From the IMG/VR virus record IMGVR_UViG_3300035148_000271, positions 1 through 63,853 of that record: DNA of 63,853 bases, one strand, 5' to 3'. The position numbers and the translations under genes were made by a program. This DNA is from a virus. Lineage: Duplodnaviria > Caudoviricetes. The notes beneath the pieces were generated by a model, which did no database searches, was not told the DNA's origin, and saw only the letters and a list, made by a program, of their open reading frames with translations. Positions 1 to 7,819 of this stretch are shown piece after piece; position 1 is the first letter of the stretch, and every line of letters starts with the position of its first letter.

Positions 1-209
1 ACATTGGAGACGACGGTCCCCTCGGGCGTTTCGATGTCGTACTCCGCAATGCCGGCCACGGACGGGATCGGCTCCAGCGTCTTGCGGAAGAAGCCCGTCT
101 CCACGCAGAAGTCGACGCAGGCATCCCGAATGGCCCGCAGCATCAGCGGTTCGGACGCCCCGGGCACTGCCGGCGCGACGTACTCCAAGAAGTCTTCGTA
201 GGCGGCCAT
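1..209 (-). CDS. N-terminal part of phage head-tail adaptor-like protein (runs off left edge; continues in frame at right edge)
   Basis: ATG at 209 overlaps the stop of the upstream gene; reads MAAYEDFLEYVAPAVPGASEPLMLRAIRDACVDFC...; open to base 1. Confidence 0.7.
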   Translation of the reverse strand, partial: MAAYEDFLEYVAPAVPGASEPLMLRAIRDACVDFCVETGFFRKTLEPIPSVAGIAEYDIETPEGTVVSN

Positions 210-874
210 CAGACAGTTCCTTGGGCCTGACCGACGTTCGGGGTCGCGCCCTTCTGGTTCAGGTCAGGGGAGTACGCCAAGTCCTTGCTCGTCTTCTCGC
301 CCAGCATCAGGCGGAAGGCGTTCAGGTGGGCGGCAGCGATGTGCGGCTGGCGCGAGAACTCGGTGTCGATGGAGTAGGCCTTAAACAGGACGAACTCGAC
401 CACCGGGTTCAGGTACACATCGTCCAGCACCAACGTGTCGGACGTATTGAGCGCAATCGCCGGGATGGCCGACCACTTGCCATGCAGCACCGCACCGACC
501 TTGGCAGGCGGGTACACCTCAAACACCTTCGGGTACTTGTTGTCGTAGACCCAGTGCTTGATGGTGGTCGAGGCGGTGGCGGTGCGCCATGACGGCGCTT
601 GCCGGTCCAGCACGTCGCGGTCGATGTAGGTGACCACCTTGCCGTTGGCGTTGTGGCTGATGTCGAGCAGGCGCAGGGCCGAAATGGGCAAGGACTGCAC
701 GGCACCGGCCACCAGCGTCAGCGTGCTGGCGATGGGATACGAATCCGGCCGCACCGAAATGACGGCCAAGACGGCGTCATGCGTGTAGCGAATGAGACTG
801 GCTTGGGACCAGCGCTCATAGGTCGGATCGTTCAGCGCTTCCGTGGTCCGCGTCAGAACGTCGGATACCAGCAT
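209..874 (-). CDS. Phage head-tail adaptor/connector-like virion protein (221 aa)
   Basis: Position downstream of the capsid gene; pattern (LND...RWS...VRPD...FEVYPP) I associate with podovirus adaptors. Confidence 0.6.
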   Translation of the reverse strand: MLVSDVLTRTTEALNDPTYERWSQASLIRYTHDAVLAVISVRPDSYPIASTLTLVAGAVQSLPISALRLLDISHNANGKVVTYIDRDVLDRQAPSWRTATASTTIKHWVYDNKYPKVFEVYPPAKVGAVLHGKWSAIPAIALNTSDTLVLDDVYLNPVVEFVLFKAYSIDTEFSRQPHIAAAHLNAFRLMLGEKTSKDLAYSPDLNQKGATPNVGQAQGTV

Positions 875-894
875 GCACCCTCCCAGTGGATCAG

Positions 895-1917
895 TTAGAT
901 GCTGCCCCTTTTGCGAAGCTGGAACAGCACGTCATCCGGGAGAATCGACGCCAAAGCACCGCAAAACGCTTGGCATGAGCGCAAATGACCTCCTTCCTTC
1001 TGCCAGCTACAGAAACGGCACCAGACGCGCTCGTCCGGCACGATGCCCTGCACGGAATCGGCGCACCAGAAGGTAGTCTCCGGTTCGATGTGCGCCATGA
1101 TGGCGAAGGTCGGCGTACCGAACAGGCCGCCCAAGTGCGACATGCCACTGTCGTTTGCCACCAACAGGTGCGCGTGCGCGACCAGCGAACACATGTCCTC
1201 GGGCTTGGCGTCGATCCAGACCTTGGCCGGGTGATACATCCACGCATCGTGCTTGTGCTCGCTAGTGAGGGCGACGTAGACGCGATGGCCTTCCTTCGTT
1301 AGTTCGTTCACCAGCCGGGCATAGTTGGCGGCCGGCCAGTCACGCGCCGGTCCCACGCAGGACGAGTAGGGCGACAACACGATGTACTTGCCGCTGTCCA
1401 CTGGAGCGGGCTTGTCCACGCTGCGTGGACGGGCCGGTTCTATGGACACGGGAACGCTCGGGTACTGAACGCGGATGGCCCGCAGCGCCCAGTGCGGACG
1501 CGACTTGAGCGTCCCCCGGAAGCCTTCGGCCAACTGCTCCATGTAGTCCTGATTCACGTCCACGCCACCGCAGGTTTCGTCCTTCGGCAGTTCGCGCAGG
1601 GTCAGGTTGGGGTGGCCGGCCCACTTCACCCACTTGTAGTGGCGAGCGTTGTAGGTGACCTTGTAGCCGGCCTCGGCCAGCCCGCAGGCGGCGTACAGGA
1701 CGCAGATCGCGTCCCCGATCCCCATGGAGGTGGTGTACAGGGTGATGCCGTTTTCCTTGGGATCGAATGACAGCGCCCGGCCGCTCTTGGCGGCGACGTT
1801 GCCGAGATACCCAAGGGACTCGACCTCGGTCAGTTCGTCGTACTTCTTGTTGCCGGCTCTTTCCGGGGACCACTCGACCACCGCCCCGTTCTCCCGGTTC
1901 CTCAACAGCCGAATCAC
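895..1917 (-). CDS. Glycosyltransferase family 9 (heptosyltransferase-like)
   Basis: Motifs GIGDAI, ARDWPAANY, LLVANDSGMSHLGGLFGTPTFAI; probable GTG start at 1917 after a GGGGGA RBS. Confidence 0.8.
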   Translation of the reverse strand: MIRLLRNRENGAVVEWSPERAGNKKYDELTEVESLGYLGNVAAKSGRALSFDPKENGITLYTTSMGIGDAICVLYAACGLAEAGYKVTYNARHYKWVKWAGHPNLTLRELPKDETCGGVDVNQDYMEQLAEGFRGTLKSRPHWALRAIRVQYPSVPVSIEPARPRSVDKPAPVDSGKYIVLSPYSSCVGPARDWPAANYARLVNELTKEGHRVYVALTSEHKHDAWMYHPAKVWIDAKPEDMCSLVAHAHLLVANDSGMSHLGGLFGTPTFAIMAHIEPETTFWCADSVQGIVPDERVWCRFCSWQKEGGHLRSCQAFCGALASILPDDVLFQLRKRGSI

Positions 1918-1926
1918 AGTTCCCCC

Positions 1927-1957
1927 AAACAAAAAGGGCCGACCCGAAGGCCGGCCC
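1927..1957 (-). terminator. Rho-independent terminator after the major capsid gene
   Basis: Minus strand GGGCCGGCC-TTCG-GGTCGGCCC followed by TTTTTGTTT. Confidence 0.85.
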
Positions 1958-1989
1958 AAGAGCGCTCTAGGAAACGCTCACGGAGATGC

Positions 1990-2979
1990 TTACTTCATCA
2001 CGCGCGACCACACCAGCGCTTCCGGCTTGGTCGTCTTGAAGCCGAACACGTTCAGGCCACGGACGATATCACCGAAGGTCGACGTGCTGCGCAGCGTTTC
2101 CATCTTCACGAACTGCGAGGCGAACGACACCGCATCGCGCGTGCCGGCCATCACGTCCCACACGGCGTTGTCCGCCGCCGCGCCGGTGCCGCCAGTGGCG
2201 TTGCCAGACCCGAGGTCGGTCGCGGTATGCAGGTTGTTGTTCGTGTACAGCGTGAAGCGGTCGATCATGCCGAGACGACCGTTGCGCAGGATCGAGGTGC
2301 CGTCACCCGCCAGACTCGCGTCCTTCAGGTCCGACTTCTTGATCAGCGAAGCGATGTACGGCGGCAGGATGACCCAACGGCCCGTTTCCGGGACGTTTTG
2401 CTCGTCCAGCACCAGACCCATGTCGACGATCCATTCCAGCACGTTCGTCTTCGTGAGTTGCAGCGGAGCGCCGACCGCGCCAAGGTTCACCGAACTCGAC
2501 CGCACGCCGGCCGTGGCACCGTAGTTGCCGCTGGCCGCGTCATCGTAGACGGCATTGAACACCGTCTGCTCGATGGTGATCTTCATCTGCTCGGCGGCAT
2601 CCTGCGAGAACATGTCCATCAGGCGCACGTCAGCCTGCACCTTGTCCACATCGTCGGCCACGAACGAGAAGTACTTGCCCTTGTCGATCAGCAGTTCGAT
2701 GGGCGTGCTGGTCGGGACTTCGTTCGTCAGGGTCAGACCCTTCTGATAGTCCCGGATGGTGATCGTCGGAATGGACCGGATTTGAACCTTGTCACCGGCG
2801 TCCTTGATTTCACCTTCCCAGTCGTTGTTGGTGATGTCGCCCAAGCAGGTGCTGGCGTAGAACTTGACCGCCAGCTTGCCGGACCAAATCTCCGGAATGA
2901 ATTTCGTAGCGGCAGCGGAGCCGTACGAATCGACGCCAGAACCTGCGCCGTAATAGTCGCCAGAAACGGCAAAAGCCAT
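1990..2979 (-). CDS. Major capsid protein (329 aa)
   Basis: FIPEIWSGKL...NNDWEGEIKDAGDKVQI...FGDIVRGLNVFG pattern of P22/T7-like coat proteins; follows the scaffold and precedes a terminator. Confidence 0.9.
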   Translation of the reverse strand: MAFAVSGDYYGAGSGVDSYGSAAATKFIPEIWSGKLAVKFYASTCLGDITNNDWEGEIKDAGDKVQIRSIPTITIRDYQKGLTLTNEVPTSTPIELLIDKGKYFSFVADDVDKVQADVRLMDMFSQDAAEQMKITIEQTVFNAVYDDAASGNYGATAGVRSSSVNLGAVGAPLQLTKTNVLEWIVDMGLVLDEQNVPETGRWVILPPYIASLIKKSDLKDASLAGDGTSILRNGRLGMIDRFTLYTNNNLHTATDLGSGNATGGTGAAADNAVWDVMAGTRDAVSFASQFVKMETLRSTSTFGDIVRGLNVFGFKTTKPEALVWSRVMK

Positions 2980-3009
2980 GGTTTTCTCCCGCTACGCGCG
3001 GGGCGAGTC

Positions 3010-3951
3010 TTAGCGGACCCGACCTTCCGACTGCGCAGCAAAAATGTCTTGTTCGACCCTTGCTGCGTCTTCAGGAGAAATTCGACCTTCGCGGACGTTG
3101 CGGAAGAACGCCTGTATCTCGCCGCGATTCCAGATTCGTTTCGTGCTGGGCACGTCCGGCTGGCCTCGCATCGTGACAGGCGTCACCTGCTCGTTCGCGG
3201 GCGGCGCTCCATTCGACGCAACACCCACATTGCCGCCGTAAGACTTGAAGAAGAACGCCACGCGCTTCACGTCGAATCTTGCCGCTGCGTCGTCGAACAG
3301 AGACTGTCGGGTCGCCCCGGAGCCTTCGTCGACCTGATCCAGCCACTTCAGAAAACCGGTGTCCGTGTTCAGCGTTTCCCACTGGGGCACTGCGGCCGTG
3401 AGGTCGTTGAAAAACTGACGCCGAAGCGCAGCCTGACTCGTCTCCTCCGCACGCGCCAGCCGGTCTTCCAGATTCGGGTCGACCTTCTGCGCTGCTGCCG
3501 GGGCTGTCGGCACCACGCTTCGCGCAACGCGCTCGACGAGGCCGATGAACTCCGGGCCGTACTGCTCCAGTTCTTCCGGCCTGACGGCTGCCGGCGCTGG
3601 CGTCGGGGGCTGGGCCGTCATGCGCTGGCTCAGTTCCTCGACCTGCGTCTTCAGGGTTTGCAGTTCACCCTTGAGCTTCTTGTTCTCGTCGGTCAGACGA
3701 GGAACCTCATGGTTGTACTTGCCCTGAAGGACACGGTACATCTGCTCCCAGTCCTTGCCCGGTGCTTCTGGCAGGGCAGGACGCGGGATGTTCTCTGGCT
3801 CCAGTGTCGGCTGTGGAGCCGGCGCTGGGGCTGGTTCAGTTCCGGCTGGAGTCGCTGCTTCCGCTGGTGCGGGCGGCGTTGTTCCAGTCGCGCGTTGCTG
3901 CAATTCGGCGGCCCTGCGGCCGGCTTCTTCAACTGCTTTCGGTAACGGCAT
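3010..3951 (-). CDS. Capsid scaffolding protein (313 aa)
   Basis: Pro/Ala-rich, coiled coil, YRVLQGKYN and C-terminal IFAAQSEGRV; immediately upstream of the capsid gene. Confidence 0.75.
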   Translation of the reverse strand: MPLPKAVEEAGRRAAELQQRATGTTPPAPAEAATPAGTEPAPAPAPQPTLEPENIPRPALPEAPGKDWEQMYRVLQGKYNHEVPRLTDENKKLKGELQTLKTQVEELSQRMTAQPPTPAPAAVRPEELEQYGPEFIGLVERVARSVVPTAPAAAQKVDPNLEDRLARAEETSQAALRRQFFNDLTAAVPQWETLNTDTGFLKWLDQVDEGSGATRQSLFDDAAARFDVKRVAFFFKSYGGNVGVASNGAPPANEQVTPVTMRGQPDVPSTKRIWNRGEIQAFFRNVREGRISPEDAARVEQDIFAAQSEGRVR

Positions 3952-4038
3952 ACAACTCCTGTGAGCCTTGATCGAACGGGAGGCGAGCCTTTCGTGTTCG
4001 CAACCACGTCGTCAGGTAATCACCAACGACCAGCCGAG

Positions 4039-4260
4039 CTATGTTTTCGACTGGGACTCCATCGTGTTGAGGACGATCCTCAAGCACGCTGCACTGCCCT
4101 GATGGTGGAACAACTTGTTCGCGTCCGACAGTTGCTCAATCACCAGATGTTCTTCATGCAGGGACTGTTTCAGCCACTGCACCACCAACTCGTACTGCGG
4201 TCCTGCCACGCTGCGTAAGTACCGCAGCGATTCCCTGACCTTGTCGTTCGCCGCAATCAC
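4039..4260 (-). CDS. Hypothetical protein (73 aa)
   Basis: Coupled ORF in the head operon. Confidence 0.6.
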   Translation of the reverse strand: MIAANDKVRESLRYLRSVAGPQYELVVQWLKQSLHEEHLVIEQLSDANKLFHHQGSAACLRIVLNTMESQSKT

Positions 4261-4544
4261 TTCGGCATTTTCTTGCCGTACCAGCGACCTGCGCCGACCA
4301 GTCCTCCATTCGCATAACGCTTCACGTCGGAGTCATCGGCAACGCTGGCGATGCGCGGCTCCACGCCGCTGTCAGCCGCATCGCCCGCGCCCATTGTTTC
4401 AGTGGGCTTGTCGTCGTAGCCATAGCCACGATGCGTGCCCGGAGAGTTCGGCCCCGTTTCGCCGGACTTGGCCTTCTTCTTCCAGCCCTTGGCGGCCAGA
4501 TAGCCAGCCCCGACGCCGACCGCGAACGATCCCCAGTTGGCCAT
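4257..4544 (-). CDS. Hypothetical virion-associated protein (95 aa) with YANGGLV motif
   Basis: Start/stop overlaps with both neighbours. Confidence 0.6.
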   Translation of the reverse strand: MANWGSFAVGVGAGYLAAKGWKKKAKSGETGPNSPGTHRGYGYDDKPTETMGAGDAADSGVEPRIASVADDSDVKRYANGGLVGAGRWYGKKMPK

Positions 4545-4699
4545 CAGCAGCCCCGCTTTCCGCCGACCTTGCCGCCCTTCTTGTAGCCCTTGGCGTCCAT
4601 CATTTCTTCGCGCTTGGACCCTTCCTTCATGCCGTGCTTGCGGTCCATCATCTTGTCCTTGCCCGACTTCTCGAACGGCACCTTCTTCTTCATCGCCAT
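4544..4699 (-). CDS. Small Lys/Met-rich basic protein (51 aa) with YKKGGKV motif
   Basis: ATG at 4699 preceded by GAGG; MAMKKKVPFEKSGKDK... Confidence 0.6.
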   Translation of the reverse strand: MAMKKKVPFEKSGKDKMMDRKHGMKEGSKREEMMDAKGYKKGGKVGGKRGC

Positions 4700-5811
4700 A
4701 GCCTCGGTCGTTGCGCAGCGGTTGCGATCATTAGAAGCAGTTCCTCGTCGGTCGGGTTGATGATCCCTTTGGCCATCAAACGTCCAACACGTACGCGCCC
4801 TGCGTTTCTGAGAGTGACTTGTACGGTGCAATCGACTTTTGGGTCAACACGTGCGAAGGCCACGCTTTCGCACTCCACATCCACGGTCCCGACTTGCGAG
4901 CGTCCAGCACAACCTTTCAGTACAGCGCAGTTGTTTTCTTCCGCTTCCGCGCGGACGAAGCCCCGGGCGAAGTAGCCGGCAACAGATGACAGGCGCGCTT
5001 CAGCGTGGTCCTGCGAGACTTCCGCGAAGACGACAGGCCGTCCGATGCCGGCCGCGCCCTGCGCCTTGGACTTAATGACAACGACGGCATCGACCAGCGG
5101 GCGGATCGCGGGAGCGCGCTTGGAGCGGCGAGTGCCGGCCGGCTCTTCGGGTTGCTCAACGACGGCGTCGGCGCTGAGCGCCATGGAGGCGGTATCGCTG
5201 CCTTCCTCGGCGGCCAACTCGAAGGTGCCGGCGCGTTGCAGGCCGAACTCGGCTGTGTCCGACTCCTCCGTGACAGCCAGAGAACTGTTGGCCGTGACGA
5301 CAGAAGCGACTGTGTCGGACTGTTCCGTGGCCGCCAGCGATGTCGTGGCATTGACGGCAACGGCCACCACGTCGCTGCCTTCTGTGGCGGCCAGCGCAGC
5401 ATTGGCGTTGACCTGCAACGCGACGATGTCACTGCCTTCGGTCGCGGCTAGTGAAGCGTTGACGTTGACCCGGGCGGTCGCGTCGTCACCGGCTTCCGTG
5501 ACTTGCAGACGGACGTTGACGGTGGCCGTCAGGGCGGCGGTGTCGCTGCCCTCGGTGGCCGCCAGTGAAATGGGTTCGCGGTAGACATCCGCCTCAAAGG
5601 CGGCAACGTCCGACCCTTCGGTGACGGCCAGACTGACATTGGCCGTGCTGACGAAAGCGACAATGTCGGCGCTGTCGGTCGGGGCCAGCGAGACGGTGAC
5701 GTTGACCGCACAGTCGGCAACGTCCGATCCCTCGGTCGCCGCTAGGTCAAGATTGGGGATGCCGCTGGCGGCGGCCCCCAGCAGTGGGCTGTAGCCGCCG
5801 CTGAATGCCAT
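4690..5811 (-). CDS. Repeat-containing virion protein (373 aa)
   Basis: About ten copies of an L-A-[AV]-T-E-x-S-D repeat spaced about 18-22 aa. Confidence 0.7.
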   Translation of the reverse strand: MAFSGGYSPLLGAAASGIPNLDLAATEGSDVADCAVNVTVSLAPTDSADIVAFVSTANVSLAVTEGSDVAAFEADVYREPISLAATEGSDTAALTATVNVRLQVTEAGDDATARVNVNASLAATEGSDIVALQVNANAALAATEGSDVVAVAVNATTSLAATEQSDTVASVVTANSSLAVTEESDTAEFGLQRAGTFELAAEEGSDTASMALSADAVVEQPEEPAGTRRSKRAPAIRPLVDAVVVIKSKAQGAAGIGRPVVFAEVSQDHAEARLSSVAGYFARGFVRAEAEENNCAVLKGCAGRSQVGTVDVECESVAFARVDPKVDCTVQVTLRNAGRVRVGRLMAKGIINPTDEELLLMIATAAQRPRLWR

Positions 5812-6155
5812 TACGCCACCTTACGCTGCGACCAGTCGAACGAACGGGCCGAACCGGCGGTCTGCTTCATTTGCAGGGTCCAGCCGTGCATCAGCACCAG
5901 CGAAGGGCTGGCCCACACCGGCTCGTCCTGCACGTTGGAAATCGTGGCCTCGTACACCAATCGTGCAGTGCCGCTGCTGATCACCTTCTCCAGCACCTGA
6001 ATCTCGATGGTGTCGCCCCGCGCCAGCGCGTTGCAGTCGATGAAGAACTGGAACACGCCGTCGGTGGTGTCGGGGGAGGTTCCGAGCGCGGTGAAGCCCG
6101 CCTCGGGAGGCGTGCCGGTGGTACGGGTGCCGCTTGCGTGCTCGGTGATCGCCAT
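5811..6155 (-). CDS. Hypothetical virion protein (114 aa)
   Basis: Coupled ORF, beta-rich sequence. Confidence 0.65.
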   Translation of the reverse strand: MAITEHASGTRTTGTPPEAGFTALGTSPDTTDGVFQFFIDCNALARGDTIEIQVLEKVISSGTARLVYEATISNVQDEPVWASPSLVLMHGWTLQMKQTAGSARSFDWSQRKVA

Positions 6156-6156
6156 G

Positions 6157-7020
6157 TCAGTGAGTCAGGCCGTAAACGATGATGCTTTCAGAGGCGTCGG
6201 CCGTACTAAGTGAGGAAGATACCCGCGCCACGATGCGTGAGCCGGCCTTGATCCCGCAGAAGGCCGGGAAGCTCACGCTCTCGCGCTGCTCGTTGGCCGT
6301 GAAGATGTGGCCGTACATGATGTTCTGACCCACCGCGTCCTCGTTGCCGCTGCTGCCAAATCCAACATCACCACAGGTCATCAACGCGGTCGTCATTGAC
6401 GTATCGACGTTGAACTGAGGCGACATCATCAGCCCCATGTAGTCCTCGGCGCTCGATGCGGTCATCTGTATCCATCCCCCCTCGACGTTGCTGGTCCCTG
6501 ATCCGCCAGCAGTGCCCGTGGTGCTGGCAGAGGTTGCGCCGATGGCGACGATCCGCGTAGTGAACGGGAACGACCCCGGGTTCATCTGGCCGCCGTTAAA
6601 CGCCGCGCTCACGTAACACTTGGCCGACGCCGCTGTGTTCTGGTGGCGCGCCCAAATCGGCGTATCCGCTGGGACGTACAGCGGCAGCCAGTAGAGCGCT
6701 CCCAGCCCCTGCGAGTTTGGGCACCCGAGCTTCTCAGCGATCACCGTCACGTTCGCGTTGTCCGGGCCGATGCCGATATCGCACCATGCGTTGAGCGTGG
6801 TCGAGGTGATCGCGTCCGCCGATGTCCGCACCCCGGTCATACGGAACACCATGAAATAGGACGGATACGTCAGCCCCGCATGGAGTTGCGTCCATGTCCC
6901 GAAGGTGTGGGCAGACCCACCAGAAGTCACCAGCAGCAGACTGGCGTTGCTCGCCTGTACCCCGGGCACCGAATGCGTGGCCGGGAAGTAGCTGAAGTGC
7001 GGATGCGGAGGGGCCAGCAT
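6157..7020 (-). CDS. Hypothetical virion protein (287 aa) with internal two-fold duplication
   Basis: True start probably ATG 7020 (MLAPPHPHF), overlapping the upstream stop; two halves share W-x-Q...DIG(I/F)G...P-x-x-x-x-A-x-(T/S)-x-I-x-AR. Confidence 0.65.
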   Translation of the reverse strand: MLAPPHPHFSYFPATHSVPGVQASNASLLLVTSGGSAHTFGTWTQLHAGLTYPSYFMVFRMTGVRTSADAITSTTLNAWCDIGIGPDNANVTVIAEKLGCPNSQGLGALYWLPLYVPADTPIWARHQNTAASAKCYVSAAFNGGQMNPGSFPFTTRIVAIGATSASTTGTAGGSGTSNVEGGWIQMTASSAEDYMGLMMSPQFNVDTSMTTALMTCGDVGFGSSGNEDAVGQNIMYGHIFTANEQRESVSFPAFCGIKAGSRIVARVSSSLSTADASESIIVYGLTH

Positions 7021-7400
7021 CAGGTCGTCGCGTGTGTGATGGTGCCGCTGGTGAGCGAGTAGGCCGCCGCGTTCGTGATCGTGGTGTTGCTGATGATCAC
7101 GTTGGTGCCCGAGGTGCCGACCGTCAGGCCGGACACGATCACGGTGCCGCCGGATTCCTTGATGCGGGCTTCCGCCGCCACACCGCCGGCCGAGGCGTTG
7201 GCGGTCTTCGGCATGCCCGACAGGGTCAGCACGTCGCCGGTGACCGTCGAAGCGGGGTCGCTCAGCGTGAACGTGAGCAGCGTCGAACCGAAGCCCGAGG
7301 TGCCGATTTCCAAGGTCGCGGCCCCCGCGCCGCTGTCGATGTCGTCGCGCACCGCCTGCATGCGGGTCGTGCGCAGGGTGGAGCGGTAAGTCACAGCCAT
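7020..7400 (-). CDS. Small virion structural protein (126 aa), paralog of 62572-62979
   Basis: Shared pattern AV-x-D-x-ID-x-G-x-G...G-x-x-x-x-x-R...G-x-x-x-I. Confidence 0.7.
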   Translation of the reverse strand: MAVTYRSTLRTTRMQAVRDDIDSGAGAATLEIGTSGFGSTLLTFTLSDPASTVTGDVLTLSGMPKTANASAGGVAAEARIKESGGTVIVSGLTVGTSGTNVIISNTTITNAAAYSLTSGTITHATT

Positions 7401-7408
7401 GGGAACTC

Positions 7409-7819
7409 CTAGTAGTAGAAGCGGACCACGCCTTCTTGCGAGGTCGGCGGGGGAAGGGCCACGCGGAAGCGGCCGTTGCGGGACAGCTTCGGCTCAAACG
7501 AAAACACAGCCAGCGACCGGTTGCGGGTCTTGTTCCAGATGAGGCCGCAGCAGGCCTCGATGGAACTGTTCTCCCACACCGGGTCGTCCCAGTCCCACAC
7601 GATGCACTTGCCGTCGGCCACGAACTTCGGCGGACCAAGTCTTTTCCCGCCGGCGGTGTAGCCCTGTCCCTTGGCTTCGCCCGCCGTCACGTACGACGGC
7701 GTACGTTCGTCGAGCCGGGCCTGATCGGTGTAGAGCGCCAAGTAGTACTCGTCGGTCGGCTGGAACTCCAGCGAGTACACGCCTTCCGCGCCGGCTTGCG
7801 TGAGGCCGTCGTTGGTCAT
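7409..7819 (-). CDS. Virion structural protein (136 aa)
   Basis: ALYT...GQGYTAGG motif common in phage fibre-base proteins; coupled to the portal stop. Confidence 0.65.
   Translation of the reverse strand: MTNDGLTQAGAEGVYSLEFQPTDEYYLALYTDQARLDERTPSYVTAGEAKGQGYTAGGKRLGPPKFVADGKCIVWDWDDPVWENSSIEACCGLIWNKTRNRSLAVFSFEPKLSRNGRFRVALPPPTSQEGVVRFYY

Noticed and set aside
6157-7638. 493-aa ORF as listed in the track
   Set aside because: Its first ~206 codons overlap two better-supported genes in other frames; the real start is probably ATG 7020.
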